From Clostridia bacterium (GTDB taxonomy: Bacteria > Bacillota > Clostridia > Christensenellales > CAG-138), in assembly GCA_017616435.1 (NCBI GenBank), contig JAFZYC010000076.1, forward strand, positions 16,241 to 80,240: 64,000 nt of DNA. Reading direction: 5' to 3'. This document shows, in pieces, positions 1 through 11,455 of the stretch. The stretch's first letter is position 1. Every line of letters starts with the position of its first letter. Below the pieces are notes generated by a model that was not told the DNA's origin, made no database searches, and saw nothing but the letters and a program-made list of their open reading frames with translations. The position numbers and the translations under genes were made by a program.

Positions 1-44
1 AGGGTGCCCTGACCGCCAACGCCTACTATAACGATGTTGAACAT
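1..44 (-). CDS. iorB: Indolepyruvate:ferredoxin oxidoreductase beta subunit, N-terminal fragment (continues past window edge)
   Basis: Reverse complement of 1-44 reads ATG TTC AAC ATC GTT ATA GTA GGC GTT GGC GGT CAG GGC ACC (MFNIVIVGVGGQGT), a G-rich N-terminus typical of IorB/PFOR-gamma proteins. GGAGGT Shine-Dalgarno at 51-56 (rc). Starts 14 nt after the iorA stop. Confidence 0.6.
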   Translation of the reverse strand, partial: MFNIVIVGVGGQGT

Positions 45-58
45 AACAGTACCTCCTA

Positions 59-1789
59 TTATTCGGCGGCCTTCAGAGCGCCGAAGTGGCAGAGCTGAGT
101 GCACATGCCGCAGCCGACGCACTGGGTGGGATCGATCTTAACGCCCGTCTCCGTCTTGATGATGGCGGGGCAGCCGACCTTCAAGCACATGCCGCAGCCG
201 ACGCAAACGTCTGGATCGTTCACAACGGGCTTATTGGTCTGCTTGATGATAAGCGCGCAGGGACGGCGGCTGATGACGACGGAGAGACCGTCGCGCGCGA
301 CCTCTTCCTTGATGACCTTCTCGGTCTCCTTGAGGTCGAAGGGATCGACTATCCTGACGGAAGCCACGCCCATCGCCTCGCAGAGCTTGACGATATCGAG
401 CGCGGTGGTGGGATCGCCGTGTATGTCCTTGCCGTTCGCGGGGTTGTTCTGATGCCCGGTCATGCCGGTGATGGAGTTGTCAGCGATTATGACGGTGCCG
501 ACGGAGCGGTTATAGGCCATGTTCAAAAGGCCGGTCATGCCGCTGTGGCAGAACGTGGAATCGCCGAGCACGGCGACGGTGCGCTTGGCCTGCTCGGCCC
601 CGCGTGCCTTCTCCATGCCGTGAGCCATGCCGATGGAAGCGCCCATGCAGACGCAGGTGTCGACGCCGGAGAGGGGAGGCAGAGCGCCCAGAGTGTAGCA
701 GCCGATGTCGGAACATACGGTGAGCTTGAGCTTGCCGAGCACGTAGTAAAGACCGCGGTGCGGGCAGCCGGGGCAGAGCACGGGAGGACGGTTCGGTATG
801 TCGGTCGTGTTCATGGGACCTGCGGGCTCGGCGCCTAAGAACTTCTCCTCGATCTTGTGCATGAACAGCTCGCCCTGTACGCCGGTCTTGTCCTTGCCGG
901 AGCAGGGGATGCCCCAGGCCTTGACGGTGTCCTCATAGAAGGGCTCCATGTCCTCGATGACGTAAAGGGTCTCGACGCCGGCGGCAAACTCCTCGATGAG
1001 CTTTTTGGGCATGGGGTAGGCGAGACCGAGCTTCAGAACGGAAGCTTCGGGCATGGCCTCCTTAACGTAGTTGTAAGCCGCGCCGGATGTGATAACGCCG
1101 ACTTTGCGGTCCGCCCACTCTATGCGGTTGAGCGCGGGCATGTTGTTGGCGTCCTCGGCGAGCCTCGCCTCGCGCGCCTCAACGAACTTGTGGCGGCCGA
1201 TCATGTTGGCGGGCATGGAAACGTATTTCCTGATGTCCTTTTTATACTCCTTGAGCTCGGGCAGCACCCTTTCGCCGACCTCGACGAGCGTGCGCGCATG
1301 CGCGATGCGGGTGGTGAGCCTTACGATAACGGGGGTGTCGTACTCTTCACTTATCTCATAGGCGAGCTTCATGAAGTCCCTGCACTCCTGGCTGTTGGAG
1401 GGATCGAGACAGGGAGCGTGGGACGCGCGGGCAAGGAGCCTCGTGTCCTGCTCATTCTGAGAGGAATGCATGCCCGGATCGTCCGCGACGATGACGACCA
1501 TGCCGGCGTTGATGCCGGTGTAGGTCGCGGTGAAGAACGGATCCGCCGCGACATTGAGGCCGACGTGCTTCATGCAGGCCATGCTGCGCGCGCCGCTTAC
1601 GGCAGCGCCCAGAGCGACCTCTACGGCCACCTTCTCATTGGGAGCCCACTCGGAGTAGATCTCCTTATAGTTCGCGATGTTCTCGTTGATCTCCGTACTG
1701 GGGGTTCCGGGGTAAGCGCTGGATACGCGGACGCCCGCTTCCCATGCGCCTCTGGCAATAGCTTCATTGCCGAGCATAAGCTGTTTCAA
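59..1789 (-). CDS. iorA: Indolepyruvate:ferredoxin oxidoreductase alpha subunit
   Basis: 576-aa ORF. TPP-enzyme N-terminus (MLGNEAIARGAWEAGV..SAYPGTPSTE). C-terminal two [4Fe-4S] motifs CVGCGMCLKVGCP and CVGCGMCTQLC. Followed by the iorB start. Confidence 0.85.
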   Translation of the reverse strand: MKQLMLGNEAIARGAWEAGVRVSSAYPGTPSTEINENIANYKEIYSEWAPNEKVAVEVALGAAVSGARSMACMKHVGLNVAADPFFTATYTGINAGMVVIVADDPGMHSSQNEQDTRLLARASHAPCLDPSNSQECRDFMKLAYEISEEYDTPVIVRLTTRIAHARTLVEVGERVLPELKEYKKDIRKYVSMPANMIGRHKFVEAREARLAEDANNMPALNRIEWADRKVGVITSGAAYNYVKEAMPEASVLKLGLAYPMPKKLIEEFAAGVETLYVIEDMEPFYEDTVKAWGIPCSGKDKTGVQGELFMHKIEEKFLGAEPAGPMNTTDIPNRPPVLCPGCPHRGLYYVLGKLKLTVCSDIGCYTLGALPPLSGVDTCVCMGASIGMAHGMEKARGAEQAKRTVAVLGDSTFCHSGMTGLLNMAYNRSVGTVIIADNSITGMTGHQNNPANGKDIHGDPTTALDIVKLCEAMGVASVRIVDPFDLKETEKVIKEEVARDGLSVVISRRPCALIIKQTNKPVVNDPDVCVGCGMCLKVGCPAIIKTETGVKIDPTQCVGCGMCTQLCHFGALKAAE

Positions 1790-1953
1790 AACCTTTTACC
1801 TCCTTGTATGTGTTAACAGTTTCCAAACTGCTTTCAGTCCCTTTAATTATAATGTAAAAACGGCCGTAAATACAGTATATTCACTAATATATTTGCAAAA
1901 TTACGCAAATACTTTTTCAAAAAGGGCGGCGAATGCCCGAAGCGGAGGCAAAA

Positions 1954-3561
1954 ATGGCGTTTTTAAAAGGGAAAGCAAAACGGATCCTGCGGTTCGACGT
2001 GGGCGACGGGCGATTCGAGCTCACGGAATCGGAGCGCGGAGCGCCGCGCATGCTCGGGGGAAGACGCGATAAAAGCCGCGTCAAAAACAGAGGGGACGAA
2101 AGAAGACCCATCCCGAAGTCGACGAAGAAGCTTCGCGAGCTTCTTTGTGCGGAGTTCAGCACGGACAGGAACCCCGACCTGATACTCCGCCCTTTCAAGG
2201 TCGGAGGCGGCAGGGACGCGCTCGCGGTCTACATGAACGGCATGGCCGACGACGGCAGTATCAACGATTTCATACTGCGCCCGCTCATGCGGTACGCGGG
2301 GGGAGACATGAGCCTCGGCGCGCTTTCGGAGGACGCGATAGAGATAGCCGAGACAAAACGGGAGGACGACCTTTCAAAGGCGATGAGCGCCGTATTGGAC
2401 GGTATGACCGCGCTATTCGTCGACGGAGAGAAGCGCTGCCTGCTGCTCGAGACCCGCGGTTATGAGAAGCGCGCGATAGGTCCCGCCGAAAACGAGCAGG
2501 TCGTAATTGGCCCTAATGAGAGCTTTACGGAGAGCCTTCGCACGAACATAACGCTTATAAGGAGGATACTTCGCATAAAGGAGCTCATCGCGGAGCCCCT
2601 TCCCTCGGGCGGCGGAAACGATACGGATCTCGCGCTCATATACAGGAACGGAGTAACGGACGAAAGGCTCGTTGCGGAGGTCAAACGCAGGCTGGATAAA
2701 GCCGACGCGTTCGCGCTGACCTCATCCGGCATGCTCGAGCAGCTGATAGAGGACAGCGGCGTTTCTCCGCTTCCGCAGATGCTCTCGACCGAAAGGCCCG
2801 ACAGGGCGGCGGCGCATGTCATGCGCGGGAGAGTATGCATACTCCTTGAGGGCAGTCCCAAGGCGCTCATACTGCCCGTAACGCTCTTCACGCTCCTCGA
2901 CAGCCCGGAGGACTTCTATATGCGAAGGCCGTTGGGGACGGTCATACGCGTCGTGAGATACGTAGGCGCGGCGGTATCCGTGCTGCTTCCGGGCTATTTC
3001 CTCGCGCTCGCGCTCTATCATCAGGGCGTGCTTTCGACGGAGGTGCTCTCGACGGTCATCGCCTCTCGCAGGATGGTGTTCGAGCCGATCGGGGTCGAGA
3101 TGATACTGCTCCTTCTGATATTCCAGATGATAAGGGAAGCGGGGCAGAGGGTGCCCGGCAGCATAGGCCAGGCGATAGGCATAATCGGCGGCCTCATAAT
3201 GGGACAGGCGGCGGTCGCCGCGAATCTCGCAAGCTCCGTCGTACTCATTATCGTCGCCGCATCGGGCCTCGGCAACTTCTGCATTCCCGATTATCAAACG
3301 CAGATCGCGGCATCGTATTTCAGGATGGCGCTCGTGATATCCGCATGGATGGGCGGACTTTTGGGCATCGTCGCAGCGCTGCTCTTAAGCCTCTGCCTGC
3401 TTTCGGGGATGAAGAGCTTCGGCGTGCCCTTCCTTGCGCCGTTCGCCCCGAAGACCGAGCGAAACAAGCCGCTCGTGATAAGGGGGAGGCTCGGAGGCAG
3501 CCCGACCGACGACGAGCTGAACACCTCCTTTGACGCGCGGATAAGGGGGACGGAGGATTGA
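1954..3561 (+). CDS. Spore germinant receptor A subunit (GerA/GerKA family)
   Basis: ORF 1933-3561. Preferred ATG 1954 lies 5 nt after GGAGG (1944-1948). GerA-family core (FKVGGGRDALAVYMNGMADDGSINDFILRPLM) and C-terminal multi-TM region. Confidence 0.85.
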   Translation: MAFLKGKAKRILRFDVGDGRFELTESERGAPRMLGGRRDKSRVKNRGDERRPIPKSTKKLRELLCAEFSTDRNPDLILRPFKVGGGRDALAVYMNGMADDGSINDFILRPLMRYAGGDMSLGALSEDAIEIAETKREDDLSKAMSAVLDGMTALFVDGEKRCLLLETRGYEKRAIGPAENEQVVIGPNESFTESLRTNITLIRRILRIKELIAEPLPSGGGNDTDLALIYRNGVTDERLVAEVKRRLDKADAFALTSSGMLEQLIEDSGVSPLPQMLSTERPDRAAAHVMRGRVCILLEGSPKALILPVTLFTLLDSPEDFYMRRPLGTVIRVVRYVGAAVSVLLPGYFLALALYHQGVLSTEVLSTVIASRRMVFEPIGVEMILLLLIFQMIREAGQRVPGSIGQAIGIIGGLIMGQAAVAANLASSVVLIIVAASGLGNFCIPDYQTQIAASYFRMALVISAWMGGLLGIVAALLLSLCLLSGMKSFGVPFLAPFAPKTERNKPLVIRGRLGGSPTDDELNTSFDARIRGTED

Positions 3562-4649
3562 GGCTGAATGAGGGCAGGATAGGCTATGCGGAGGGGATCG
3601 CGGCTGCGGCCGCCGCGGTCTCGGTGTGCGCGATATTCTCCGTCGATCCCGCATCCGCGTACACGAACGGCAACTCGACATATATCTCGATCCCGCTCGC
3701 GGCGCTCATATCGCTCGTTCCGGTGCTCGCGGTCTCACGCGCTTTGGAAAGATCGGGAAAGGGAGGGCTCGCGGAGCACTTGGAATGCGCATACGGAACG
3801 GCCGGCGCGGCCCTGTTCGCGCTTCCGCTCACTGTTTCGCTCCTGTTCTGCGCGGCAAGGCCCATGACCTGCTTTTTGGATGTGCTGCAGAGCCTCATCT
3901 ACGACGGCGTATCCTATGCTTCGCTCGCGGCGTTCGTGTTCCCGGTCATGGCGCTCATCGCGTGGAAGGGCTTCGAGAGCATAGGCAGGCTGGCGCTCAT
4001 TGTTTCGGGACTGCTCGTGTTTTCGCTCGTGTTCGCTGTCGCGTCCGCCGCGCCGAGCTTCGAAACATACAGGCTTTACCCGCTCATGGGCGTAGGCGCG
4101 GCGCGTTTTACACAGTTCACGGCCTCCGAGCTGATGTTCACGCTGACGCCGATGAGCGCGCTGCTCGTGTGCGGAAAGGGGCTTAACGGGATCGCTCCGA
4201 TGCGGAAGACTGCGGCCGCGGCGTCGATCGTATCCGCCGCCGTCTGCTTTTCCGCGCAGTTCGCGATATCGCTCGTCTATTCGTACAAGGGGCTTACGGG
4301 GCTGCTCATGCCGCTCTATCGGATCAATTTTCTCAGCCTTGCCCAGAGCTACGCTTTGAGGCTCGACAAGCTTTTCGTAATGGTATGGCTGAGCGGGGCG
4401 ATAGTATCGTCCGCGTACTGCGTATACGCCGCGGCGAGGCTCCACGCAGGCGTGTTCCGCGAGCGCGACATAACGCCCGCCGCCGCATCGTTTTCGCTCG
4501 TCGTTTGCGCCGCGGTGCTCGCGGCAGCAAGAATGGATTATACTGCGGTAAAAACTGCGAACGGAATAATGCTGAGGTTCGGCGCCGCGCTGCCGACAGT
4601 GACGCTGACTGCGGCGCTCGCAAAGGGAAGAAAGGAGAAAAAGTGCTGA
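3558..4649 (+). CDS. Spore germinant receptor B subunit (GerAB-type, APC-permease-like integral membrane protein)
   Basis: 363-aa polytopic membrane ORF between the A and C subunit genes. TTG start overlaps the A-subunit stop (TTGA at 3558-3561). Confidence 0.7.
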   Translation: MRLNEGRIGYAEGIAAAAAAVSVCAIFSVDPASAYTNGNSTYISIPLAALISLVPVLAVSRALERSGKGGLAEHLECAYGTAGAALFALPLTVSLLFCAARPMTCFLDVLQSLIYDGVSYASLAAFVFPVMALIAWKGFESIGRLALIVSGLLVFSLVFAVASAAPSFETYRLYPLMGVGAARFTQFTASELMFTLTPMSALLVCGKGLNGIAPMRKTAAAASIVSAAVCFSAQFAISLVYSYKGLTGLLMPLYRINFLSLAQSYALRLDKLFVMVWLSGAIVSSAYCVYAAARLHAGVFRERDITPAAASFSLVVCAAVLAAARMDYTAVKTANGIMLRFGAALPTVTLTAALAKGRKEKKC

Positions 4650-5854
4650 AACGCATGGGACTTTTAGTGCTGCTTACCGTCGCGATACTGAGCTTGGCCG
4701 GGTGCCTTAAGCCCGTTTCGCTCGACGCGTACGGATATGTGATAACGATAGGAGTGGACAGGGGAGAAGCCAAAAAATACTATTACACTTTCGCCCTTCA
4801 AAGGGAGCTCGAGGGGCAGGACACCTCCGGCGAGGGCGGCGCAGCGGTGCTCTCCTGCGAGGGGAACAGCATTTTCGAGGCCGTGAGCGAGCTGGAGGGG
4901 AACATACCGTACTCGCTCAATTTCAGCCGCACGGGCTTTATCACGTTCAGCCGCGAGCTCGCGGAAGGAGATGCGGTAAAGGAGTTCGTATCCGCGTCGC
5001 TCGACGCGCTTAAGATAAGGACCTCCGCCGTCATGATAGTCTCCGAGGGCGACGCCTGCGAGTTTATAGACGGCATGTACGCCAACAACGACGCCAACAT
5101 AACAAAGCTGCAGTCCGCGCTGATGCTCGACAAGCAGAAGACGGGAATGGTGACCGTAATGAGCATATCCCGCCTAATCGAGGCCTGCGAGGACGGCAGG
5201 TTCGATTACTGCTCGGCATACGGAGTGTATGACGCGGGCGTCATTACCGACACGGGCGAGAAGAAGTCGGAGAGCGAGGGCGAGGATCCCACGGGAGACG
5301 CCGAAAGGGGAGAGCGCGCGGGCGGACTGCGCTCGAGGATCGCGGGCGCGGCGCTCTTTTCGGGATGGAGCATGACGGGCACGCTCACCCGCGGGGAGAC
5401 GGTCTGGCTCAACATAGCTAACGGCGAGTTCAAGAGCGGCGTCGTGGACGTAAAATACGGCGAAGGGGAAGAGAGCGTCTCAGTGGGGCTTTCGCTCGAA
5501 AAGGTGACAAGAAGGCTCGCGATCGGCGGCGACGGCGCGGTCACGGCCACAGTCGACGTCGTGCTCGGCGTCGGCGTCAGACGAATGGATCAGGGGACGC
5601 CTCCCGTGGAGATCGACGCATGGCTCACGGAGGACTTTGCGCGGTACGCGGAGGAGATGCTGCTTTCGGTCTTCATGAAATGCCGCTTTGCCGAAAGCGA
5701 CGCAATGCGCTTCGGTACGGAGGCGGTCAGAAAGTTCCGTACGGCGGAGGAATGGGAACGTTTCTGCTGGAAGGAACGGTATCTGGATCTCGTGCCCGAG
5801 TTCCGCGTCGTCACTGTGAACGCGGAAAAGTATGCCGCGGAAGGCATGCAGTAG
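4643..5854 (+). CDS. Spore germinant receptor C subunit lipoprotein (Ger(x)C family)
   Basis: In-frame GTG 4643 lies 5 nt after AAAGGAG. Signal plus lipobox VLKRMGLLVLLTVAILSLAGC, then the typical GYVITIGVDRG. The 4385 start in the ORF track is an in-frame extension that overlaps the B subunit. Confidence 0.8.
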   Translation: MLKRMGLLVLLTVAILSLAGCLKPVSLDAYGYVITIGVDRGEAKKYYYTFALQRELEGQDTSGEGGAAVLSCEGNSIFEAVSELEGNIPYSLNFSRTGFITFSRELAEGDAVKEFVSASLDALKIRTSAVMIVSEGDACEFIDGMYANNDANITKLQSALMLDKQKTGMVTVMSISRLIEACEDGRFDYCSAYGVYDAGVITDTGEKKSESEGEDPTGDAERGERAGGLRSRIAGAALFSGWSMTGTLTRGETVWLNIANGEFKSGVVDVKYGEGEESVSVGLSLEKVTRRLAIGGDGAVTATVDVVLGVGVRRMDQGTPPVEIDAWLTEDFARYAEEMLLSVFMKCRFAESDAMRFGTEAVRKFRTAEEWERFCWKERYLDLVPEFRVVTVNAEKYAAEGMQ

Positions 5855-5862
5855 GAGGCGGC

Positions 5863-6015
5863 ATGGCGTTCTTCTTCGCGGCGGCCGTCATCTGCGTCGT
5901 CTATAACGGCATGTACCTGTTCCACTGTCTGAAAACGGGGCAGAGGGAAGCCTCCTTCGGCGCCGCGGCGACCCTTGCGGCGGCGGTACTCGCAGCCCTT
6001 ATAATGCTTTTATAA
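5863..6015 (+). CDS. Small two-TM membrane protein, possible germinant-receptor D-type accessory subunit
   Basis: ATG 5863 lies 4 nt after AGGAGG (5853-5858), directly after the gerC stop. 50 aa with two hydrophobic helices (FFFAAAVICVVYNGMYLF, FGAAATLAAAVLAALIMLL). Confidence 0.45.
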   Translation: MAFFFAAAVICVVYNGMYLFHCLKTGQREASFGAAATLAAAVLAALIMLL

Positions 6016-6034
6016 TTTATATTTTTTTCCGCTA

Positions 6035-6063
6035 TTGAAAAAGCGCCGAATGTGGTATATGAT
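6035..6063 (+). promoter_or_regulatory. Candidate sigma-A promoter for mscL (TTGAAA-17-TATGAT)
   Basis: TTGAAA at 6035-6040, 17-nt spacer, TATGAT at 6058-6063. GGAGGTG SD at 6080-6086, ATG at 6094. Confidence 0.45.
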
Positions 6064-6093
6064 AAGCTTGACTAAACATGGAGGTGTTTAACT

Positions 6094-6555
6094 ATGTGGA
6101 AAGAGTTCAAAAAGTTCGCTCTTAAGGGCAATGTGCTCGACATGGCCATCGGCGTTATCGTCGGCGGCGCGTTCGGCGCGATCGTAACCTCTCTCGTCAA
6201 CGATGTGTTCATGCCTCTTATCGGCCTCATATTCAAGACGGGCGACCTCAATGAGAAGTACATCCTTCTCAAGGCTTCCGAGACCTACACCGAGAACATG
6301 ACCGCCACGCAGGCCGTCGAAGCCGGCGCGAGCATCATGAGCTACGGCAAGCTGATCGGCGTCATTATCAACTTCATCCTCATCGCCATCATCCTCTTCT
6401 TCGTCGTAAAGGGCATCAACAAGCTCATCGAGCTCGGCAAGAAGGAAGAGGAAGCGGCAAAGCCCGCCCGCAAGTGCCCCTTCTGCAAGTCCGAGATCGC
6501 GGACGACGCCGTAAGGTGCCCCCACTGCACCTCCGAGCTTCCTCTCGAGGAATAA
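6094..6555 (+). CDS. mscL: Large-conductance mechanosensitive channel MscL with C-terminal zinc-ribbon extension
   Basis: MWKEFKKFALKGNVLDMAIGVIVGGAFGAIVTSLVNDVFMPLIG is the canonical MscL N-terminus/TM1. The C-terminus carries CPFC..x11..CPHC. Confidence 0.9.
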   Translation: MWKEFKKFALKGNVLDMAIGVIVGGAFGAIVTSLVNDVFMPLIGLIFKTGDLNEKYILLKASETYTENMTATQAVEAGASIMSYGKLIGVIINFILIAIILFFVVKGINKLIELGKKEEEAAKPARKCPFCKSEIADDAVRCPHCTSELPLEE

Positions 6556-6642
6556 CAGCATGATCTCCCGGGGGTCCGCCCCGGGTGCTCATAAAACCGA
6601 ATACGCAATAAAAATCACTTGTTAAAAGGAGATTGCTTTATC

Positions 6643-7857
6643 ATGGCCAAAATCCAAATGAAGACCCCCCTTGTAGAGATGGACGGCGACGAAATGACCC
6701 GTATCATCTGGGCGATGCTCAAAGAGCACCTCATCCTCCCCTTCGTTGACCTCAAGACCGAGTATTACGATCTCGGCCTCGTCAAGAGGGATGAGACCGA
6801 CGATCAGATCACGATCGACGCGGCCAACGCCTGCAAGAAGTACGGCGTAGGCGTCAAGTGCGCTACCATCACCCCCAACGCCCAGCGCATGACGGAGTAC
6901 AACCTCAAGAGGATGTACAAGTCCCCGAACGGCACCATCCGCGCCATCCTCGACGGCACCGTTTTCCGCGCCCCCATCACGATGGACTGCCTCAAGCCCA
7001 GCGTCCGCAGCTGGCAGAAGCCCATCACCATCGCCCGTCACGCTTACGGCGATATCTACAAGAACACCGAGTTCCGCGTACCCGGCCCCGGCAAGGCGGA
7101 GATCAAGTTCACCGATGCGGAAGGCAACGTCCTCTGCGACGAGACCGTGTTCGATTTCAAGTGCCCCGGCGTCTTCATGGGCATGTACAACAAGGATGAC
7201 TCCATCGAGAGCTTTGCCCGCGCCTGCTTCCAGTACGCGATCGCCACAAAGCAGGATCTCTGGTTCTCCACGAAGGACACCATCTCCAAGAAGTACGATC
7301 ATACCTTCAAGGATATCTTCCAGAAGATCTTCGACGAGGAGTTCAAGCCCCAGTTCGATGAGCTCGGCATCACCTATTTCTACACCCTCATCGACGACGC
7401 GGTTGCCCGCGTAATCCGCTCCAACGGCGGCTTCATCTGGGCTCTCAAGAACTACGACGGCGACGTTATGAGCGACATGGTCGCCACCGCCTTCGGTTCC
7501 CTCGCCATGATGACGAGCGTGCTCGTTTCCCCGGACGGCAACTATGAGTACGAGGCCGCGCACGGCACCGTTACGAAGCACTACTACAAGCACATGGCCG
7601 GCGAATCGACCTCCACCAACTCCATGGCGACCATCTTCGCGTGGAGCGGCGCTCTCCGCAAGAGGGGCGAAAAGGACGGTCTGCCCGAGCTTATGCACTT
7701 TGCCGACATGCTCGAGAAGGCTTCTCTCGAAACCATTGCTTCCGGCTATATGACGAAGGACCTTGCGCTCCTTGCCGATATGGAGGACAAGCACATCGAG
7801 ACCACCGAGGGCTTCATACTCAAGATCAAAGAGAATCTTGAGAAGCTCCTTGCCTGA
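6643..7857 (+). CDS. icd: NADP-dependent isocitrate dehydrogenase (eukaryote-like subfamily II, about 400 aa)
   Basis: [44 protein letters not shown] 6643 follows AAGGAG. The 6619 start would overlap the SD. Confidence 0.9.
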   Translation: MAKIQMKTPLVEMDGDEMTRIIWAMLKEHLILPFVDLKTEYYDLGLVKRDETDDQITIDAANACKKYGVGVKCATITPNAQRMTEYNLKRMYKSPNGTIRAILDGTVFRAPITMDCLKPSVRSWQKPITIARHAYGDIYKNTEFRVPGPGKAEIKFTDAEGNVLCDETVFDFKCPGVFMGMYNKDDSIESFARACFQYAIATKQDLWFSTKDTISKKYDHTFKDIFQKIFDEEFKPQFDELGITYFYTLIDDAVARVIRSNGGFIWALKNYDGDVMSDMVATAFGSLAMMTSVLVSPDGNYEYEAAHGTVTKHYYKHMAGESTSTNSMATIFAWSGALRKRGEKDGLPELMHFADMLEKASLETIASGYMTKDLALLADMEDKHIETTEGFILKIKENLEKLLA

Positions 7858-7897
7858 TCCAACGGACGCCCCCGATTAGGGGCAATGGTGCAATCAA

Positions 7898-8407
<510 letters not shown>

Positions 8408-8423
8408 GCAAAAAACAGCAATA

Positions 8424-8457
8424 AAAGATCCCCCGGATGATCCGGGGGATCTTTTTC
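8424..8457. terminator. Bidirectional rho-independent terminator between convergent genes
   Basis: GATCCCCCGGA (8427-8437) pairs with TCCGGGGGATC (8441-8451). Flanked by an A-run upstream and a T-run downstream. Confidence 0.7.
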
Positions 8458-8468
8458 GTTATTCGCTA

Positions 8469-9449
8469 TCAGTCCGCATAGGGGATCTGTGCGTATTCGT
8501 CCTGAGACACTCCGTTAATGTAAATGCCCCATTCGAGCTCGTCGGTCGGGAAGCTGACTTCCGCCCTGCCGATACGGCCGTCCTCGAGCTTTACGCAGAC
8601 CCAGCTTTCAAGATCGGTCGCGTAGGGAGTGACGATACCGCCGACGGGCACGGTGATCTTCTCGCCGGTGGGTTCGCAGTTCTCGTCCACGAGCTCCAGC
8701 TCGAGCTCCCTTACAAGCTCAAGATCACGCCATCCGTCGTCGTACACGGGGTAGGTGTAGTACGGGGAAACGAGCTTGAAGCCTTCCTCGGTCACGGTGT
8801 AATACGCGTTGACGTCGGTGGTGCCGAGTATGTCGGTGCGGGTGAAAATGGGGAAGCCTTCCTCGGAGGAGTAGGCGTAGCCGTCGGGGATTATGATGCC
8901 GCAGTAATCCTCGAAGGTATCCATGCCGTTTGCTTCGTTATTCACGCGGAACGCAGCGCTCGTCCAGTCGTCGCTGTCCTGACAGTAGGAGAGCACGACG
9001 TCGAGCTTAGAATCGGTGGGATCGCAGTCCATGATCCACGCGGTCACGCCGTAGGAATAATTCACCTTGTAACTGAACACGGAAGCGTTGGATCCGCCGA
9101 ATGTTACCGTGAGCATCGACTCGAATTCGCCGTATTCCAAAGCGCCTTCACTCAGTATGACGGTCTCCTCCTGGCCGTCGAAGTTCAGATCGACGTTAAC
9201 GGCCTTGTTCTTCTCGAGAACAACGAAATAGTCCTCAACGCCGACAAGTCCCTCGGGAACGGGGGTGTTCTGCTCAGCGGGCTCCTCGGTGGGCTCCTCG
9301 GTGGGCTCTTCGGGCTCGGCCGTGGTCTCGGGAGCCGCGGTGGGCTCGGCGGTGGGAGCGTCTGTGGGCTTTACCGTGCCGCCGGCGGCGCAGGCCGCGA
9401 GCGAGAGCAAGAATGCGAATGTGATGATGACTGCAATAAGCTTTTTCAT
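8469..9449 (-). CDS. Secreted lipoprotein of unknown function with Pro/Thr/Glu-rich linker
   Basis: MKKLIAVIITFAFLLSLAAC lipobox, then the low-complexity linker TAEPEEPTEEPTEEPAE, then an about 270-aa acidic domain. Confidence 0.6.
   Translation of the reverse strand: MKKLIAVIITFAFLLSLAACAAGGTVKPTDAPTAEPTAAPETTAEPEEPTEEPTEEPAEQNTPVPEGLVGVEDYFVVLEKNKAVNVDLNFDGQEETVILSEGALEYGEFESMLTVTFGGSNASVFSYKVNYSYGVTAWIMDCDPTDSKLDVVLSYCQDSDDWTSAAFRVNNEANGMDTFEDYCGIIIPDGYAYSSEEGFPIFTRTDILGTTDVNAYYTVTEEGFKLVSPYYTYPVYDDGWRDLELVRELELELVDENCEPTGEKITVPVGGIVTPYATDLESWVCVKLEDGRIGRAEVSFPTDELEWGIYINGVSQDEYAQIPYAD
9279..9314. repeat. Coding 12-bp tandem repeat (GGGCTCCTCGGT x2 plus one degenerate copy)
   Basis: Units at 9279-9290 and 9291-9302, degenerate unit at 9303-9314. 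Encodes the EEPT linker repeat of the lipoprotein on the minus strand. Confidence 0.8.
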
Positions 9450-9622
9450 ATTATTTCTGTCGCTTGGATACCAAGCGTCCTTTCCCGGCAGATGACTGCC
9501 GCATATTGTTTTATTCGGCGCGCGTCGGGAGGTAACCTCCTTTTCGCACGGTCACTATTATAACGCACGAAGGGGCGGTTTGGTTTCACCGTTTTTGAGA
9601 AAAAACGAAATATATTTTTGCG

Positions 9623-9648
9623 TGAAAAAAGGCGAGCCGAAGCCCGCC
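9623..9648 (-). terminator. Rho-independent terminator after deoC
   Basis: On the minus strand, GGCGGGC-TTCG-GCTCGCC (one G-U pair) is followed by TTTTTT (plus-strand A-run 9625-9630). Confidence 0.6.
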
Positions 9649-9666
9649 TGTGTTTCGTGTGGTTTT

Positions 9667-10326
9667 TTACCCCAAAAGCTTCACGCCGTTGGAGGTGCCG
9701 AGCCTCGACGCTCCGGCTGCGATCATCTTTTCCGCATCCTCGGGAGTCCTTACGCCGCCGGAGGCCTTGACGCCGAGCGCATCTCCCACGACGGAGCGCA
9801 TGAGCGCAACATCCTCCGGGGCAGCGCCGCCCGTAGAGAAGCCCGTAGAGGTCTTCACATAGTCGGCGCCCGCGCGCATTGCCGCTTCACAGGCCATTAC
9901 CTTTTCTTCGTCGGTCAGAAGGCAGGTCTCGATGATGACCTTGACGAGCGCGGTCTTGCCCTCAATGCCGTCATGGGCGACGTTGACGACAGCGCGGATG
10001 TCGTTCTCCACAAATCCCCAGTCGCCGTCCTTAGCGGCGCCGATGTTGATCACCATGTCGATCTCGTCCGCGCCCCGCCCGACACAGCAGGCCGCCTCGA
10101 AAGCCTTGGCCTCGGTCATCATTGCGCCAAGGGGGAAGCCGACCACGCAGCAGGTCTTGACACCGCTGTCTTTAAGCTGCTCCGCGACGAATGCGCAGTA
10201 GCAGGAATTGACGCAGACGCTCGCGAAATGATGCTCCTTCGCTTCATCGCAGATCTTTTCGATCTGATCCAGACGCGCGTCGGCCTTCAAAAGGGTATGG
10301 TCGATGTATTTTTCTATGTTTTCCAT
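9667..10326 (-). CDS. deoC: Deoxyribose-phosphate aldolase
   Basis: [17 protein letters not shown].., VKTSTGF and VKASGGVRT (Schiff-base Lys region). ATG 10326 is preceded by GGGAGGAAA. The longer ORF start at 10473 overlaps mnmA. Confidence 0.85.
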   Translation of the reverse strand: MENIEKYIDHTLLKADARLDQIEKICDEAKEHHFASVCVNSCYCAFVAEQLKDSGVKTCCVVGFPLGAMMTEAKAFEAACCVGRGADEIDMVINIGAAKDGDWGFVENDIRAVVNVAHDGIEGKTALVKVIIETCLLTDEEKVMACEAAMRAGADYVKTSTGFSTGGAAPEDVALMRSVVGDALGVKASGGVRTPEDAEKMIAAGASRLGTSNGVKLLG

Positions 10327-10342
10327 GGTTTTTCCTCCCATT

Positions 10343-11455
<1,113 letters not shown>

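Noticed and set aside
4385-4642. Long N-terminal extensions offered by the ORF track: gerC from 4385, deoC from 10473, SPOR protein from 28280, peptidase from 36521, DUF4349 from 40788
   Set aside because: The extensions overlap upstream genes, are Arg/Pro-rich junk, and lack SD sites. Internal starts have good SDs and yield canonical N-termini (signal peptides, lipoboxes, family-typical starts).
9279-9314. Short tandem repeat as a possible CRISPR or VNTR locus
   Set aside because: There are only about three contiguous 12-bp units with no spacers. They are in frame within a coding linker (EEPT repeats). No cas genes are present.
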